The notes below the pieces were generated by a model. It did no database searches and was not told the DNA's origin. It saw nothing but the letters and a program-made list of their open reading frames with translations. Of a DNA stretch of 64,000 nucleotides, positions 1-9,386 are shown piece by piece. How positions within the stretch are numbered: the first letter of the stretch is position 1; each line of letters begins with the position of its first letter. A program made the position numbers and the translations under genes. This stretch comes from Patescibacteria group bacterium (lineage in GTDB: Bacteria; Patescibacteriota; UBA1384; 2-12-FULL-50-11): NCBI GenBank assembly GCA_016861245.1, contig BOKZ01000001.1, positions 615,006 to 679,005 of the forward strand, in the 5' to 3' direction.

Positions 1-6
1 AGCAAC

Positions 7-2496
7 ATGAATAGCAATTCGGACAACTTCATAAATAGATTAAGCGAAACCGCTCAGAAGATCCTTACTGATTCAGAGCTGTTCGCTCGGACGCTTCACA
101 GCGGGTTAGATACCCAACACTTACTTACTAGTTTGTCGGCCAACGCCGGCACGCTTGCTTACGAGTGGCTTCGTGAAAGTGGGATTACGCCAGAGCGTAT
201 TAGCTATGTTCTGCACGCAAACGCCGAACAGCTCAAACCGACAGAAATAATTTCAACCGATATTAAGCGAATTCTAAAAATCGCACATCGCAAGGCCTCG
301 CAATATCAAACACCAACAGTTGATACCGAGCACTTACTTTTAGCGCTAACTAGCGCCAAAGATTGTAACGCTTACAGAGTACTCCTGTTATTAGAGATCG
401 ATCCGAAGACGTTGCGAGATCAGCTCGAAGAGTACTTCGAACAAGTTCAAGAAGCAACGATGACAGACGATGGCGAAGATGACGAACCGATCGAGCACGG
501 TCAGTTTCCTTCATTAGGTCGTGAACAACAAAAAACAGCGCCAAAACCGAAAACTGCAACGGAATTTTTCACAACCGATATAACGGCTCTGGCCAAAGAA
601 GGTAAGCTCGACCCTGTTATTGGCAGAAGTAACGAAATTCAGCGGATGACGCAAATTCTAATTCGACGCGTAAAGAATAACCCAATCCTTACCGGTGAAC
701 CAGGCGTTGGTAAAACTGCGATAGTTGAAGGTTTGGCGCAGAGAATCGCCTCTGGTGACGTACCGCAACATTTAGCCGATAAGCGCGTTCTAAGCCTTGA
801 TCTGGCCTTGCTTATCTCCGGTACCACGTATCGAGGGCAATTTGAGGAGCGAACGAAGAAATTAATGGACGAGGTAATAAAAGCCGGCAACGTTATTCTT
901 TTTATCGACGAACTCCACACAATTGTTGGCGCCGGCGCCGCTGAAGGCTCGGTCGATTTATCAAACATCATCAAACCAGCGCTCGCCAAGGGTCAGCTCC
1001 GACTCGTCGGCGCAACGACCAACGACGAGTATCGAAAATATATCGAGAAAGATCCCGCTTTAGAGCGAAGACTACAAAAAATTATCGTCGAGGAACCTTC
1101 AAGCGAAGAGACGGTACTAATTCTTCAGGGACTCAAACCCGTATACGAGAAACACCACGGAGTTACATTTGACGACGAGGCGATCCACGCCGCCGTCGAC
1201 TTATCTAAGCGCTATATCTCAGATCGATTTTTGCCGGACAAAGCGATCGATTTAATCGACGAGGCCGCCGCTGCCGCACAGCTAGAGGAGAAACAGCTGA
1301 AGATTTCTAACCAACTTCAGGAGTTAGAGAGACGCCGCAAGCACGCTCATACCGAGCACATTAAAGCTCGAGATATGGTTGACTACAAAACGGCGATGGA
1401 GTATCGAACGCTTGAACTTCGACTACAAAACGAGATTGAGAAAGTAAAAACCAAATTACCAAAGCGCGTTAAGGCTCGCGTTATTACTCGTGAAGATATC
1501 GCCCGAGTAGTGTCGCTCTGGACCGGAGTTCCGGTTGTGTCATTAGCTAAATCCGACAAAATTCGCCTTTCAAACCTAGAAGCGGCGCTTAAAGCATCGA
1601 TTGTGGGGCAAGATGAGGCTATCAGCTCGATCGCCGCTGCCGTTAAGCGTTCTTCAGTGGGCGTGGCTGATCCGCGCCGTCCGCTCGGTTCGTTCATTTT
1701 CCTCGGACCAACCGGCGTTGGGAAAACCGAATTAGCTAAGGTTCTAGCTCGAGAAGTTTACGGCCGAGAAGAAGCGCTAGTTAAAATTGATATGAGCGAG
1801 TTCATGGAGCGTCACAACGTCTCAAGGCTCGTCGGTGCACCGCCAGGCTACGTCGGCTACGAAGACGCTGGCAAACTAACGGAAACAATTCGTCGTCAGC
1901 CGTACTCGGTAGTATTGCTCGACGAGATCGAGAAAGCCCATCCAGACGTATTTAATATGCTCTTACAAGTAATGGAGGATGGGTACATCACCGATGCAAA
2001 AGGTCGCAAGGTAAACTTCCGCAACACTATTATTATTATGACTTCAAATATCGGTATGGCAGAACTGAATCGCCACGCCGCTATCGGCTTTAAGACCAAC
2101 GAGAATAACCTAGAAGACAAGTACGAATTGGTTAAAAAACACGTCATGGACCGACTCAAAGACAGTTTTCAGCCCGAATTTCTTAACCGGTTAGATAAGA
2201 TTATCGTCTTTAGACCGCTCGGCCAGGAGAATATCCGTCAGATCGTTGAACGACAGCTGCGCGAGTTAAAACTTCGCTTAGCTATGGAGGAGATCGATCT
2301 CCAAGTTGAAAAGACCGCCGAAGAGTTTATCGCCGAGCGCGGATTCGATCCAGAGTTCGGTGCCAGACCGATCCGCCGTGTTATTACCGAATACATCGAA
2401 AATCCGCTCTCAGATTTACTCTTAAGCGGTAAGCTGTCGAAGAAGTCTCCCGTACGTGTACTGCGAAAAGGCGATAAACTAGCGCTTGTTAAATAA
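7..2496 (+). CDS. clpC: ATP-dependent Clp protease ATP-binding subunit ClpC (two AAA+ modules, Clp-N repeats)
   Basis: 829 aa. N-terminal Clp-N repeats. Walker A GEPGVGKTAIVEGLAQRI. Second AAA module with GPTGVGKTELAKVLA and VGAPPGYVGYEDAG. The short coiled-coil middle domain fits ClpC rather than ClpB. Confidence 0.9.
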   Translation: MNSNSDNFINRLSETAQKILTDSELFARTLHSGLDTQHLLTSLSANAGTLAYEWLRESGITPERISYVLHANAEQLKPTEIISTDIKRILKIAHRKASQYQTPTVDTEHLLLALTSAKDCNAYRVLLLLEIDPKTLRDQLEEYFEQVQEATMTDDGEDDEPIEHGQFPSLGREQQKTAPKPKTATEFFTTDITALAKEGKLDPVIGRSNEIQRMTQILIRRVKNNPILTGEPGVGKTAIVEGLAQRIASGDVPQHLADKRVLSLDLALLISGTTYRGQFEERTKKLMDEVIKAGNVILFIDELHTIVGAGAAEGSVDLSNIIKPALAKGQLRLVGATTNDEYRKYIEKDPALERRLQKIIVEEPSSEETVLILQGLKPVYEKHHGVTFDDEAIHAAVDLSKRYISDRFLPDKAIDLIDEAAAAAQLEEKQLKISNQLQELERRRKHAHTEHIKARDMVDYKTAMEYRTLELRLQNEIEKVKTKLPKRVKARVITREDIARVVSLWTGVPVVSLAKSDKIRLSNLEAALKASIVGQDEAISSIAAAVKRSSVGVADPRRPLGSFIFLGPTGVGKTELAKVLAREVYGREEALVKIDMSEFMERHNVSRLVGAPPGYVGYEDAGKLTETIRRQPYSVVLLDEIEKAHPDVFNMLLQVMEDGYITDAKGRKVNFRNTIIIMTSNIGMAELNRHAAIGFKTNENNLEDKYELVKKHVMDRLKDSFQPEFLNRLDKIIVFRPLGQENIRQIVERQLRELKLRLAMEEIDLQVEKTAEEFIAERGFDPEFGARPIRRVITEYIENPLSDLLLSGKLSKKSPVRVLRKGDKLALVK

Positions 2497-2571
2497 CTCT
2501 CTAACTCATTGACTTTTTACCCCCTATATGGTAGGGTAGTTGCGATTTGCACAGGAGGTGCAACGTACATA

Positions 2572-2897
2572 TGAAAACACGGACGTCAACCATCATTTTC
2601 TTCACAGCCGTAGCGCTGCTCGTCTGGCACTACCACCTCGACCCAGGTGGTGTAGTGCTCTCGGACATCCCCAACGATCCGAACGTCACCGAAGGGTGGC
2701 CGTGGCTCGTTGGCGCGATCGGAATCATTTTGATCCCGTTCGGCTTCCTTGTGAGGCAATACGAAAACGAGCAGTACGAAGCCGCGAAGAAGCAACGGGC
2801 GATATCGCAAGAAACCAAACGACGCCGAGAGCGGAATAGAACTAACCTTCTGATTCGAGTCTCGGCCGAGACTGGCATCCCGCAGTATCGCCGCTAA
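2572..2897 (+). CDS. hypothetical small membrane protein (2 predicted TM helices)
   Basis: ORF 2547..2897. The internal ATG at 2572 is preceded by AGGAGGT. Two hydrophobic segments (IIFFTAVALLVW, LVGAIGIILIPFGFLV) and a basic C-terminal tail. I do not recognise a family. Confidence 0.4.
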
Positions 2898-2911
2898 CAA
2901 CGTCTTTCCAC

Positions 2912-2951
2912 GGGACCCTAGGACACGTTTACGTGCACCGGGGTCCCTTTT
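2912..2951 (+). terminator. intrinsic terminator hairpin (GGGACCC...GGGTCCC + T-run)
   Basis: Perfect 7-bp GC stem followed by TTTT directly after the 2572..2897 gene. A second hairpin, CGCGCAacgagTGCGCG (2965..2981), has the T-run on the opposite strand and serves the convergent minus-strand gene. Confidence 0.6.
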
Positions 2952-2991
2952 CATATAAAAAATCGCGCAACGAGTGCGCGAAAATTGTGGC

Positions 2992-3294
2992 TTATGCAGC
3001 CAGTATTGGTTCGAACGGGATTAGCCCCAGCCGACAAGCCGCCCTAAAGGCTTGGACGCGATTATTCACCATCAGCTTGTCGTAGATATTTGCCAAGTGA
3101 AAATCCACGGTTCGCTTTGAGATGAACAGTACATCTGCAGCTTCTTTACTACTGTGTCCTTGAGCGATTAAGCTCAGGACCTCAATTTCGCGCCTAGTTA
3201 AGCGAACAGCGTTTAGAACCGGTCGCTTGACTTGTTGACTGGGGCATAACGCCCCGGGTTTGTCTAAGGTACTACCAATCAATACAGCCTCCAT
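2992..3294 (-). CDS. LuxR/GerE-family helix-turn-helix transcriptional regulator (stand-alone DNA-binding domain)
   Basis: 100 aa. The C-terminal segment LTRREIEVLSLIAQGHSSKEAADVLFISKRTVDFHLANIYDKLMVNNRVQA is a typical LuxR-type HTH. Confidence 0.75.
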   Translation of the reverse strand: MEAVLIGSTLDKPGALCPSQQVKRPVLNAVRLTRREIEVLSLIAQGHSSKEAADVLFISKRTVDFHLANIYDKLMVNNRVQAFRAACRLGLIPFEPILAA

Positions 3295-3424
3295 CCCGAA
3301 GATACGGGGGTTACTAGTGTACTGGAGTTATTGGATTAAGTCTAGCCTCACTAGAGCTATTTCGGCTTCTGTTCGGTTTTCCACTTATCCACAATCGAAC
3401 TGTTGTTTCGGAAATTGTTTGGGG

Positions 3425-3452
3425 ATAAGTAACAAAAATGCGCCCGATTGGG
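3425..3452 (-). terminator. intrinsic terminator (GCGCCC-loop-GGGCGC + T-run on minus strand)
   Basis: Minus-sense reads CCAGAGCGCCCAATCGGGCGCATTTTTGTTAC, directly after the stop of the 3461..4008 gene. Confidence 0.6.
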
Positions 3453-3460
3453 CGCTCTGG

Positions 3461-4008
3461 TTAGGTTCTTCTGAGAATTAACTTGATGGCGTCATGGAGA
3501 CGCCGCTTATCATTCACCTCGTTGATGATTGTGAAGTCGGCCACGGCGATTGGACCACCTTTGGCACTATTTTCGATCTCAGCTCGATCCCTAGCTTCAG
3601 CTTCCTCGGCTGTGAGCGGCCGCATCCGGCGAACAGCAAGACGTTCTTTGCGCACCCTCGGCGACGCGTAGACGCACAGAACCTGAAGTTGCGGAAACTC
3701 TTCGCGAAGAATGAGTAGTTCGTCCCAGCTATAGAGCCCGTCTATCACCGTATCACCCTTCTCGAACGCCACCCGGATTCGGTCGATGTTTAGGATAGCG
3801 TACGCCGCCATACCTAAACGAGCGCGAAATTCTTCCCGTACCGTCCGCTCACTTGCTTCACCTGACGGCATCCCTCGTTTTTCTACCTCGTCCAGCGTTA
3901 CCTGCCCGAAGTAGATTTTTTGGTACCCGACCGAAACCAAAAAATCACAGACCTCGCCCTTGCCTGACCCAGACATACCAACGACAGCAATTAGCTTGTT
4001 TCCCATAA
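3461..4008 (-). CDS. P-loop nucleoside/nucleotide kinase family protein (dephospho-CoA kinase-like / dNMP kinase-like)
   Basis: Walker A LIAVVGMSGSGKGEV near the N-terminus. The start is chosen at MGNKLIAV (GAGGTG RBS 8 nt upstream). The longer ORF to 4096 has no RBS. The specific kinase type is not resolved. Confidence 0.55.
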
Positions 4009-4053
4009 TAGGTACACCTCTGTACTGGGAGAAAGTATAACAAAAACTTGCAT

Positions 4054-4070
4054 ATTCGGGAATTGTTCGG
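4054..4070 (+). promoter_or_regulatory. candidate LexA/SOS operator (site C: ATTCGG-GAATT-GTTCGG)
   Basis: Direct repeat with GTTC-N7-GTTC spacing. It sits in the spacer of the putative promoter of the 4084 gene and matches sites A, B and D. Confidence 0.4.
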
Positions 4071-4083
4071 GTACGGTAGGAAT

Positions 4084-4344
4084 ATGCAATTCTCAACCGC
4101 CGTTGAAGAGATTAACGAGCCGATTAAGGTTTTAGCTAGTTTCGACGCCGGTCGATTACGACTCCATACCTTTCTTTGGAACGATCGCATCTATAAGGTC
4201 GATCGATTTAATTTACTACATATCTCTAAAGACGGCGCCGGGCAAAGATATCATTATTGCGTTAGCTCAGCCGGTAACGACTACCAACTACGCTTTAACC
4301 CAATCGATCTCGAGTGGCGCCTTGAAAAAGTCTGTACTGGGTAA
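4084..4344 (+). CDS. hypothetical protein; gene carries the GTTCGG-N5-GTTCGG operator-like motif in its promoter (possible SOS-induced small protein)
   Basis: ORF 4048..4344. The likely start is MQFSTAVEE, preceded by GGTAGGAATATG. About 86 aa, no TM. The motif ATTCGGGAATTGTTCGG lies between a TTGCAT -35 and the -10. A bidirectional terminator, CCCAAGcaaataCTTGGG, follows at 4352..4369. Confidence 0.45.
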   Translation: MQFSTAVEEINEPIKVLASFDAGRLRLHTFLWNDRIYKVDRFNLLHISKDGAGQRYHYCVSSAGNDYQLRFNPIDLEWRLEKVCTG

Positions 4345-4371
4345 TAAAAAAACCCAAGCAAATACTTGGGA

Positions 4372-4683
4372 TTACGGACGAACGGTAATGAGAGGGTGAA
4401 GGCGTCTAAAGCGGTTAACGTCGCTGTATGCTAGCTCAGCGCGATACCCACTGCCTACTAACCAGTAACGCGGCTGCTTGGGATCAAACAAGTCCTCGAT
4501 AACGGCGCAGCTTTTGCAAAAAGCAAAATGAAAACAGATAAGCCACAGCGGGATGCTGCACGGCCCCAGAAAGCAAAAGAGTGCCGTTCCGAGCACGGCA
4601 GTGACGATTAGGTAATGAATATTACCGTTTCGTACGTTTTCGATCGTGCCAATCGGGAGCTCTGAGAAGTCTTGATAAGTCAT
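4372..4683 (-). CDS. hypothetical membrane protein
   Basis: 103 aa. Hydrophobic core LIVTAVLGTALFCFLGPCSIPLWLICFHFAF and Cys pairs. No family recognised. Confidence 0.35.
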   Translation of the reverse strand: MTYQDFSELPIGTIENVRNGNIHYLIVTAVLGTALFCFLGPCSIPLWLICFHFAFCKSCAVIEDLFDPKQPRYWLVGSGYRAELAYSDVNRFRRLHPLITVRP

Positions 4684-4771
4684 ATACTCTCCAGGTACAA
4701 ATGTCGGGTTAGTATAGCAAACCGGCGCCTGCTTGTCAGTAAAAAAACTGGGCGGTTGCCCAGTTGGTATA

Positions 4772-5125
4772 TTAGTTTTCTGAGATGCGTTCGAGAGAGT
4801 GCCTCACCTGGAGCTCTTCGATTTTTGCCTCATCGATCGGTGCGCTGTAGCCGCGATACTGGATCTCCCAAACGCTTGATCGCTTATCGTTGGGGTCGTC
4901 GCGCCTAATAACTCGCAACGGGTGCCGCCACTGATAGAGAGCTAGCATCAGCCCAACAAGCCCCGAAGCGGCGGCGAGCCAGACGTTGTTAAGCCCGATA
5001 CCGCACAACGCAGCTACTAAACTCATCGAGAGGAACCAGAGTCCGCCTCGAATCTTATTTCTTTCGTACATTCGAACAACATCGTTATACATCGGCATCA
5101 GCCAACCTCCAAAGAACAAATTCAC
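4772..5125 (-). CDS. hypothetical membrane protein (bacterial PH-like fold suspected)
   Basis: 117 aa. Two TM-like segments followed by a charged C-terminal region. An alternative start at MPMYND is possible. Confidence 0.35.
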   Translation of the reverse strand: MNLFFGGWLMPMYNDVVRMYERNKIRGGLWFLSMSLVAALCGIGLNNVWLAAASGLVGLMLALYQWRHPLRVIRRDDPNDKRSSVWEIQYRGYSAPIDEAKIEELQVRHSLERISEN

Positions 5126-5162
5126 TTCGATCTTACACTAATTGTCAAAAACGCTAATTGAC

Positions 5163-5179
5163 GTTCGGGTTTTGTTCGG
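5163..5179 (+). promoter_or_regulatory. candidate LexA/SOS operator (site A: GTTCGG-GTTTT-GTTCGG) in dinB promoter
   Basis: Perfect direct repeat of GTTCGG with a 5-nt spacer. It lies immediately 3' of a TTGACG -35 and upstream of the GAATAAT -10-like element. Confidence 0.5.
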
Positions 5180-5290
5180 TATTGTAAGAATAATGGATAT
5201 TGTCGACGTTATCGTTGCGGTGTACGCGAGTGGGGGGTAAGTGAGTATTATTTTACATCTCGATATCTCGCCCTGCGGGCTCGTCTCCAA

Positions 5291-6556
5291 ATGAAAGAAT
5301 CAAAGATTCTCCATTTGGATATGAACTCGTATTTTGCGGCGATGGAGCAGCAAGCGTACCCAAATTTGCGCGGTAAACCGATCGGTGTCGCCGGTAAGGG
5401 TAAAAGCGAGCGGACAGTGATCGTCGGCGCATCGATCGAGGCGAAGAAATTTGGTATTACTTCTGGAACGCCAGGTTGGGAAGCGCTAAAACTCTGTCCA
5501 CAACTAATTATCATTCCCGCCGATTACAGCCGTTACGTCTACACTAGTCGCAAAATATTTAGTTTATTAGAGCGCTTTAGTCCAACGGTCGAGGTTTTTT
5601 CGATCGACGAGGCGTTCATCGATCTCGGCAACGCTTGTTCCTGGGAGGACGCGCTACAAATAGCTAAACAAATTAAGCAATTAATTCGAACCCAGGTTGG
5701 GGAGTGGATGAGCTGCTCGGTTGGTATATCGTACGGACGAACGCTCGCGAAGCTCGGTAGCGAACTTCAAAAACCGGACGGTCTGGTTTTAATTAGACCC
5801 GAAGACTTCGCTGAAATAGCGGAGAGAACGCCGATCGAGAAGCTCTGCGGCATCGGCTGGCGACTACGACCGCGCTTGAATCAACTCGGTGTTACCACTA
5901 TTGCCCAGTTGGGGAGGTTACCGAAAAGCACGCTAGTTAGTGTTTTTGGTGATCACACCGGTAACTGGCTCCATAGTATCGGTAACGGTATCGAGAGCAG
6001 ACGCCTGCGCTCGTTTCACGACTTGCCGCAAGAAAAATCGATCAGTCACGCCTATACGCTGCCACGCGATATTACTCATACCGCCGACGTTCGCAGAGTC
6101 TTACTACTTTTATCTGAACGAGTCGGTGTACGGTTGCGTAAAAAAGGACTAATGGCTAGAAGCGTTTCTGTTTATTTGCGCTTTGGCGACAGAACTGGCT
6201 GGGCAACGCGATCAACTGGTAAGGAATATTTCCTCGACGGTTACCGAATTTACCAGTTAGCGCTCAAGCAGCTCGAAAAAATCCCGAGCCAGAAGTCTAT
6301 CCGATTAGTTTCAGTGGCGGTGACTGAACTGTGTCGTCAAACGGAGATCGCTCAACCGCTCTTTCCGGAAAGTCGACAAGCGGAACGAGTTGTATTAGCT
6401 ATGGATCGAATTAACCATAAATACGGCGAGCTCACCGTTTATCGCGGCAGTTTGCTCGGTGTTAAGCAGAAGATATTTAACTTACCAGACGGACGAAATC
6501 ATCGACTCTATGTTCCAAAAATTAGCGAGATTAATCCGTTCCTGAAGCGGTTTTAG
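5291..6556 (+). CDS. dinB: DNA polymerase IV (Y-family translesion polymerase DinB)
   Basis: 421 aa. N-terminus ILHLDMNSYFAAMEQQ, and SIDEAFIDL with the catalytic acidic residues. Typical DinB length. Sits directly upstream of lexA. Confidence 0.9.
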   Translation: MKESKILHLDMNSYFAAMEQQAYPNLRGKPIGVAGKGKSERTVIVGASIEAKKFGITSGTPGWEALKLCPQLIIIPADYSRYVYTSRKIFSLLERFSPTVEVFSIDEAFIDLGNACSWEDALQIAKQIKQLIRTQVGEWMSCSVGISYGRTLAKLGSELQKPDGLVLIRPEDFAEIAERTPIEKLCGIGWRLRPRLNQLGVTTIAQLGRLPKSTLVSVFGDHTGNWLHSIGNGIESRRLRSFHDLPQEKSISHAYTLPRDITHTADVRRVLLLLSERVGVRLRKKGLMARSVSVYLRFGDRTGWATRSTGKEYFLDGYRIYQLALKQLEKIPSQKSIRLVSVAVTELCRQTEIAQPLFPESRQAERVVLAMDRINHKYGELTVYRGSLLGVKQKIFNLPDGRNHRLYVPKISEINPFLKRF

Positions 6557-6578
6557 GTTTAATATCTGCTATTGACAC

Positions 6579-6595
6579 GTTCGGTTTTTGTTCGC
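6579..6595 (+). promoter_or_regulatory. candidate LexA/SOS operator (site B: GTTCGG-TTTTT-GTTCGC) in lexA promoter (autoregulation)
   Basis: Same motif and the same position relative to a TTGACA -35 as at dinB. Confidence 0.5.
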
Positions 6596-6607
6596 TACTG
6601 TGAATAT

Positions 6608-7210
6608 ATGTTAACGCCAAAACAAAAATTAATTTTAGACTTCGTTGAGCAATTTATTAACGAAAACGACTACGCGCCAAGCTATCGTGAGATCGCCGAG
6701 CATTTTGGCTTTAGTTCGGTTGCAACTGTAGCCGAACACATTGAAAATTTACGACTCAAAGGTTACTTAGCCAACCAAGATACCGGATACCGTTCGCTTA
6801 AAGTTACTAATATCGATGTCGAGCCAGATAGCGGCTTATTTACAATCGCCGTACCGCTACTTGGTGCAATTAGGGCGGGTAAACCGGTCGAGGCAGTACG
6901 AACTAACGAAACGCTTGAGGTGCCGAGAGATATGATGGGTAAAAACGTGTTTGCGCTTAAGGTTCGCGGCGATTCGATGATGGATGACGGTATTTTGGAT
7001 GGTGATTTTGTGGTGGTTGAGCCGTGTCAGAACCCAAAAAATGGCGATATTGTGGTTGCGTTAATTAATAAAGACGAAGTTACCCTAAAACGTTTCTACC
7101 GTGAGAAAGATCATATTCGCTTACAACCGGCCAATAAGAAGTACCAGCCGATCCGAGTTAAAAAGGTGAGTATTCAGGGTAAAGTACGCGGCGTAATCCG
7201 GAAGTTCTAA
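6608..7210 (+). CDS. lexA: LexA repressor (S24 peptidase)
   Basis: N-terminal winged HTH (LTPKQKLILDFVEQFINENDYAPSYREIAEHFGF). Cleavage site VPLLGAIRAGKP. Ser-Lys dyad (GDSMMDDGILDGDFVVV...LKRF). Start set at MLTPKQ; the longer ORF from 6572 is less likely. Confidence 0.9.
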   Translation: MLTPKQKLILDFVEQFINENDYAPSYREIAEHFGFSSVATVAEHIENLRLKGYLANQDTGYRSLKVTNIDVEPDSGLFTIAVPLLGAIRAGKPVEAVRTNETLEVPRDMMGKNVFALKVRGDSMMDDGILDGDFVVVEPCQNPKNGDIVVALINKDEVTLKRFYREKDHIRLQPANKKYQPIRVKKVSIQGKVRGVIRKF

Positions 7211-7288
7211 CATCAGCTGTCTGTAAAAGTTGAGTAATAATCTGGCTAATGGTATATGTCAGATATGAAGCAATGGGGGAGTCGGTAA

Positions 7289-7528
7289 ATGGCCAAAAAA
7301 GCCTCTCGGAAGTTTTTCTTGTTCGGGAAGTATTCTTTGGCGTTGCTGCTACCTAAGAAATGGCTAACAGAACTCGGCGCCGACCGAAAAACAACTGTGA
7401 CCTTAGAATACGATCATAAGAAAAAACGAATCATTGTTAAATTCTCGCCAACAAGTAGCCCAAAGAGTAAAAAACCCAAAAAAGATAAACAGCTAGACGA
7501 AACCTGGCAACCAATACCGCAGATCTAA
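7289..7528 (+). CDS. AbrB/SpoVT-like small DNA-binding protein with Lys-rich tail
   Basis: 79 aa. The N-terminal GKYSLALLLPKKWLTELG resembles the swapped-hairpin beta-barrel of AbrB/MazE. The KKPKKDK tail is basic. Confidence 0.4.
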   Translation: MAKKASRKFFLFGKYSLALLLPKKWLTELGADRKTTVTLEYDHKKKRIIVKFSPTSSPKSKKPKKDKQLDETWQPIPQI

Positions 7529-7612
7529 CTTCGAGATCAACACACAGCTCAGGGGGGATCCACGAATTTACTATTTGTCAGTTGAGACGAACGAGGTTAC
7601 GATAGGGATAAT

Positions 7613-8140
7613 ATGGCGAGGGATTTTGATTTTCGTAGAACTCCTACAACAAAACCTATTATCAAGACTCCGGTTACTCCGGCGCCCGTTGCGCGACCTC
7701 CTATTCAGAGCGCACAGCCGATAAAACGATCCAAAAACGTTAGCTGGGTTGCTGTTGTGGTGATTCTGGCAGTATTTGCGGTTGGACTCGGACTATACTA
7801 CCAATCGCTGCAGGCACCAAGGTCCAACGTACAAACGAACTCAGAAAGTTCTGTAGAACAGCAGTCGGAGAAAAAGCAGTTGGTGGTTGATGTATTTGAT
7901 GGCGGTGCCGGTACAGACGTTCTGTCAACTACAGTCGCAACGCTCAAACAGAACGGTTTTACCGTTACAGATTCAGGGAAAGCACAGTTCGAATACGATA
8001 AGACGTATATTTGGTACGTAACTGGGTTTGAGAGCGACGCACAAAAGATTGCTTCATTACTAAGTAGTAGAAAAACTGTACTGAAAGAATCTAAGGTCAG
8101 CGGCGGTTTCACCATACAAATCCAATTAGGAAAGGAATAA
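7613..8140 (+). CDS. membrane-anchored LytR_C (LytR C-terminal) domain protein
   Basis: 175 aa. Pro-rich N-terminus, one TM (VAVVVILAVFAVGLGLY), then LVVDVFDGGAGTDVLSTTVATLKQNGFTVTDSGKA, typical of the LytR_C domain. Confidence 0.6.
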   Translation: MARDFDFRRTPTTKPIIKTPVTPAPVARPPIQSAQPIKRSKNVSWVAVVVILAVFAVGLGLYYQSLQAPRSNVQTNSESSVEQQSEKKQLVVDVFDGGAGTDVLSTTVATLKQNGFTVTDSGKAQFEYDKTYIWYVTGFESDAQKIASLLSSRKTVLKESKVSGGFTIQIQLGKE

Positions 8141-8655
8141 TGAGCATTAACTACTCAAATCAGCGGGTTGGGGTCTTCGTCGACGTCCAGAACTTGTATT
8201 ACAGCGCCAGGGCGATGTACGACGCTAACGTTAACTTCGGACGGATACTGGAAACAGCAGCGAACGGACGTCAGCTTATTAGAGCGATCGCGTATGTTAT
8301 TAAATCTGAAGCGCCGAAAGAACAGGGCTTTTTTGACGCACTCGAAAAAGCCGGCTTTGAAGTGAAGTCAAAAGACATTCAGGTGTTCGCTGACGGTCAG
8401 AAAAAAGGGGATTGGGACGTCGGCGTTGCGATCGATGCAATAAAAATTGCGGACCGGCTTGATGTAGTAGTACTAGTTACTGGTGACGGCGATTTTATCC
8501 CGTTAGTAACGTACCTGCGTGAAAATCGCGGCTGTCGGGTAGAGGGTGTAGCGTTCGGGCGAAGTACCTCGAGTAAACTAATCGAATCACTAGATTCATT
8601 CGTTGACATCGACGACGACAAGCGCGGTTTTTTATTTAAAAGTCGAGGGAAGTAA
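8140..8655 (+). CDS. NYN/LabA-like (PIN-like) domain protein
   Basis: 171 aa. VGVFVDVQNLYYSA...VVVLVTGDGDFIPLV matches the conserved acidic residues of LabA/NYN nucleases. Confidence 0.65.
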   Translation: MSINYSNQRVGVFVDVQNLYYSARAMYDANVNFGRILETAANGRQLIRAIAYVIKSEAPKEQGFFDALEKAGFEVKSKDIQVFADGQKKGDWDVGVAIDAIKIADRLDVVVLVTGDGDFIPLVTYLRENRGCRVEGVAFGRSTSSKLIESLDSFVDIDDDKRGFLFKSRGK

Positions 8656-9386
8656 TGTTAAAAGTTCGCGATCTACAAATTCCACTCACGCATTCCACCG
8701 ACGGTCTGTCGTTTCAATTGCAATCTGGTGAAATTTTAGGAGTTATCGGAAAAAACTCATCGGGAAAAAGCGAACTACTAGAGTGTTTGGCGACTCCTTC
8801 TCTAGCTCGCTCGGGCAGTGTATCGATAAATAATGTGGACGCTCTACAAGAATCTCTTAAGTACAGGCATTTGATCGGGTATCTACCGAACCCCGTAATT
8901 ATCGAGCCACACCTCACCGGCATCGAGTTTCTTGAGTTAATAAGCGGAAGCTACGAGTTATCGCCGAAGGATCGAACTGAACAGATCTTGAAACTAGCCG
9001 AAGAGTTAGGCTGTCACTCTGAAATGTTTACGTTAATTGAGCGACTCTCGAATTCAACTAAACAAAAAATTGCGTTTATCGCGACGCTGCTTCACTCACC
9101 GAGAGTTCTCTTCTTAGATGAACCTTGGCAGTTTCTCGACTGGAGCGGCCAAGAAGCAGTGACTCAGATTATCAAAAACCAGCAAGTTGAGGGACGTGTT
9201 GTTGTTATTTCGAGCAACGACCTCGATCGTCTAGAGGAGCTGACAAAACAATATCTCGTACTAGACGAGGGTGCCACGCTGGCGATGGGGACTCTTACAG
9301 AGCTAGCGAACAGTACGCGGTCCAAATCAAAATCACTGCCCGACATTTGGCGCTCAATGGAAAAAATTGGCCATTTGCGTGAGTAA
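8655..9386 (+). CDS. ABC transporter ATP-binding protein (degenerate signature motif)
   Basis: Walker A GKNSSGKSELLECL. Walker B VLFLDEPWQFLD. Weak signature LSNSTKQKIA. Confidence 0.7.
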   Translation: MLKVRDLQIPLTHSTDGLSFQLQSGEILGVIGKNSSGKSELLECLATPSLARSGSVSINNVDALQESLKYRHLIGYLPNPVIIEPHLTGIEFLELISGSYELSPKDRTEQILKLAEELGCHSEMFTLIERLSNSTKQKIAFIATLLHSPRVLFLDEPWQFLDWSGQEAVTQIIKNQQVEGRVVVISSNDLDRLEELTKQYLVLDEGATLAMGTLTELANSTRSKSKSLPDIWRSMEKIGHLRE

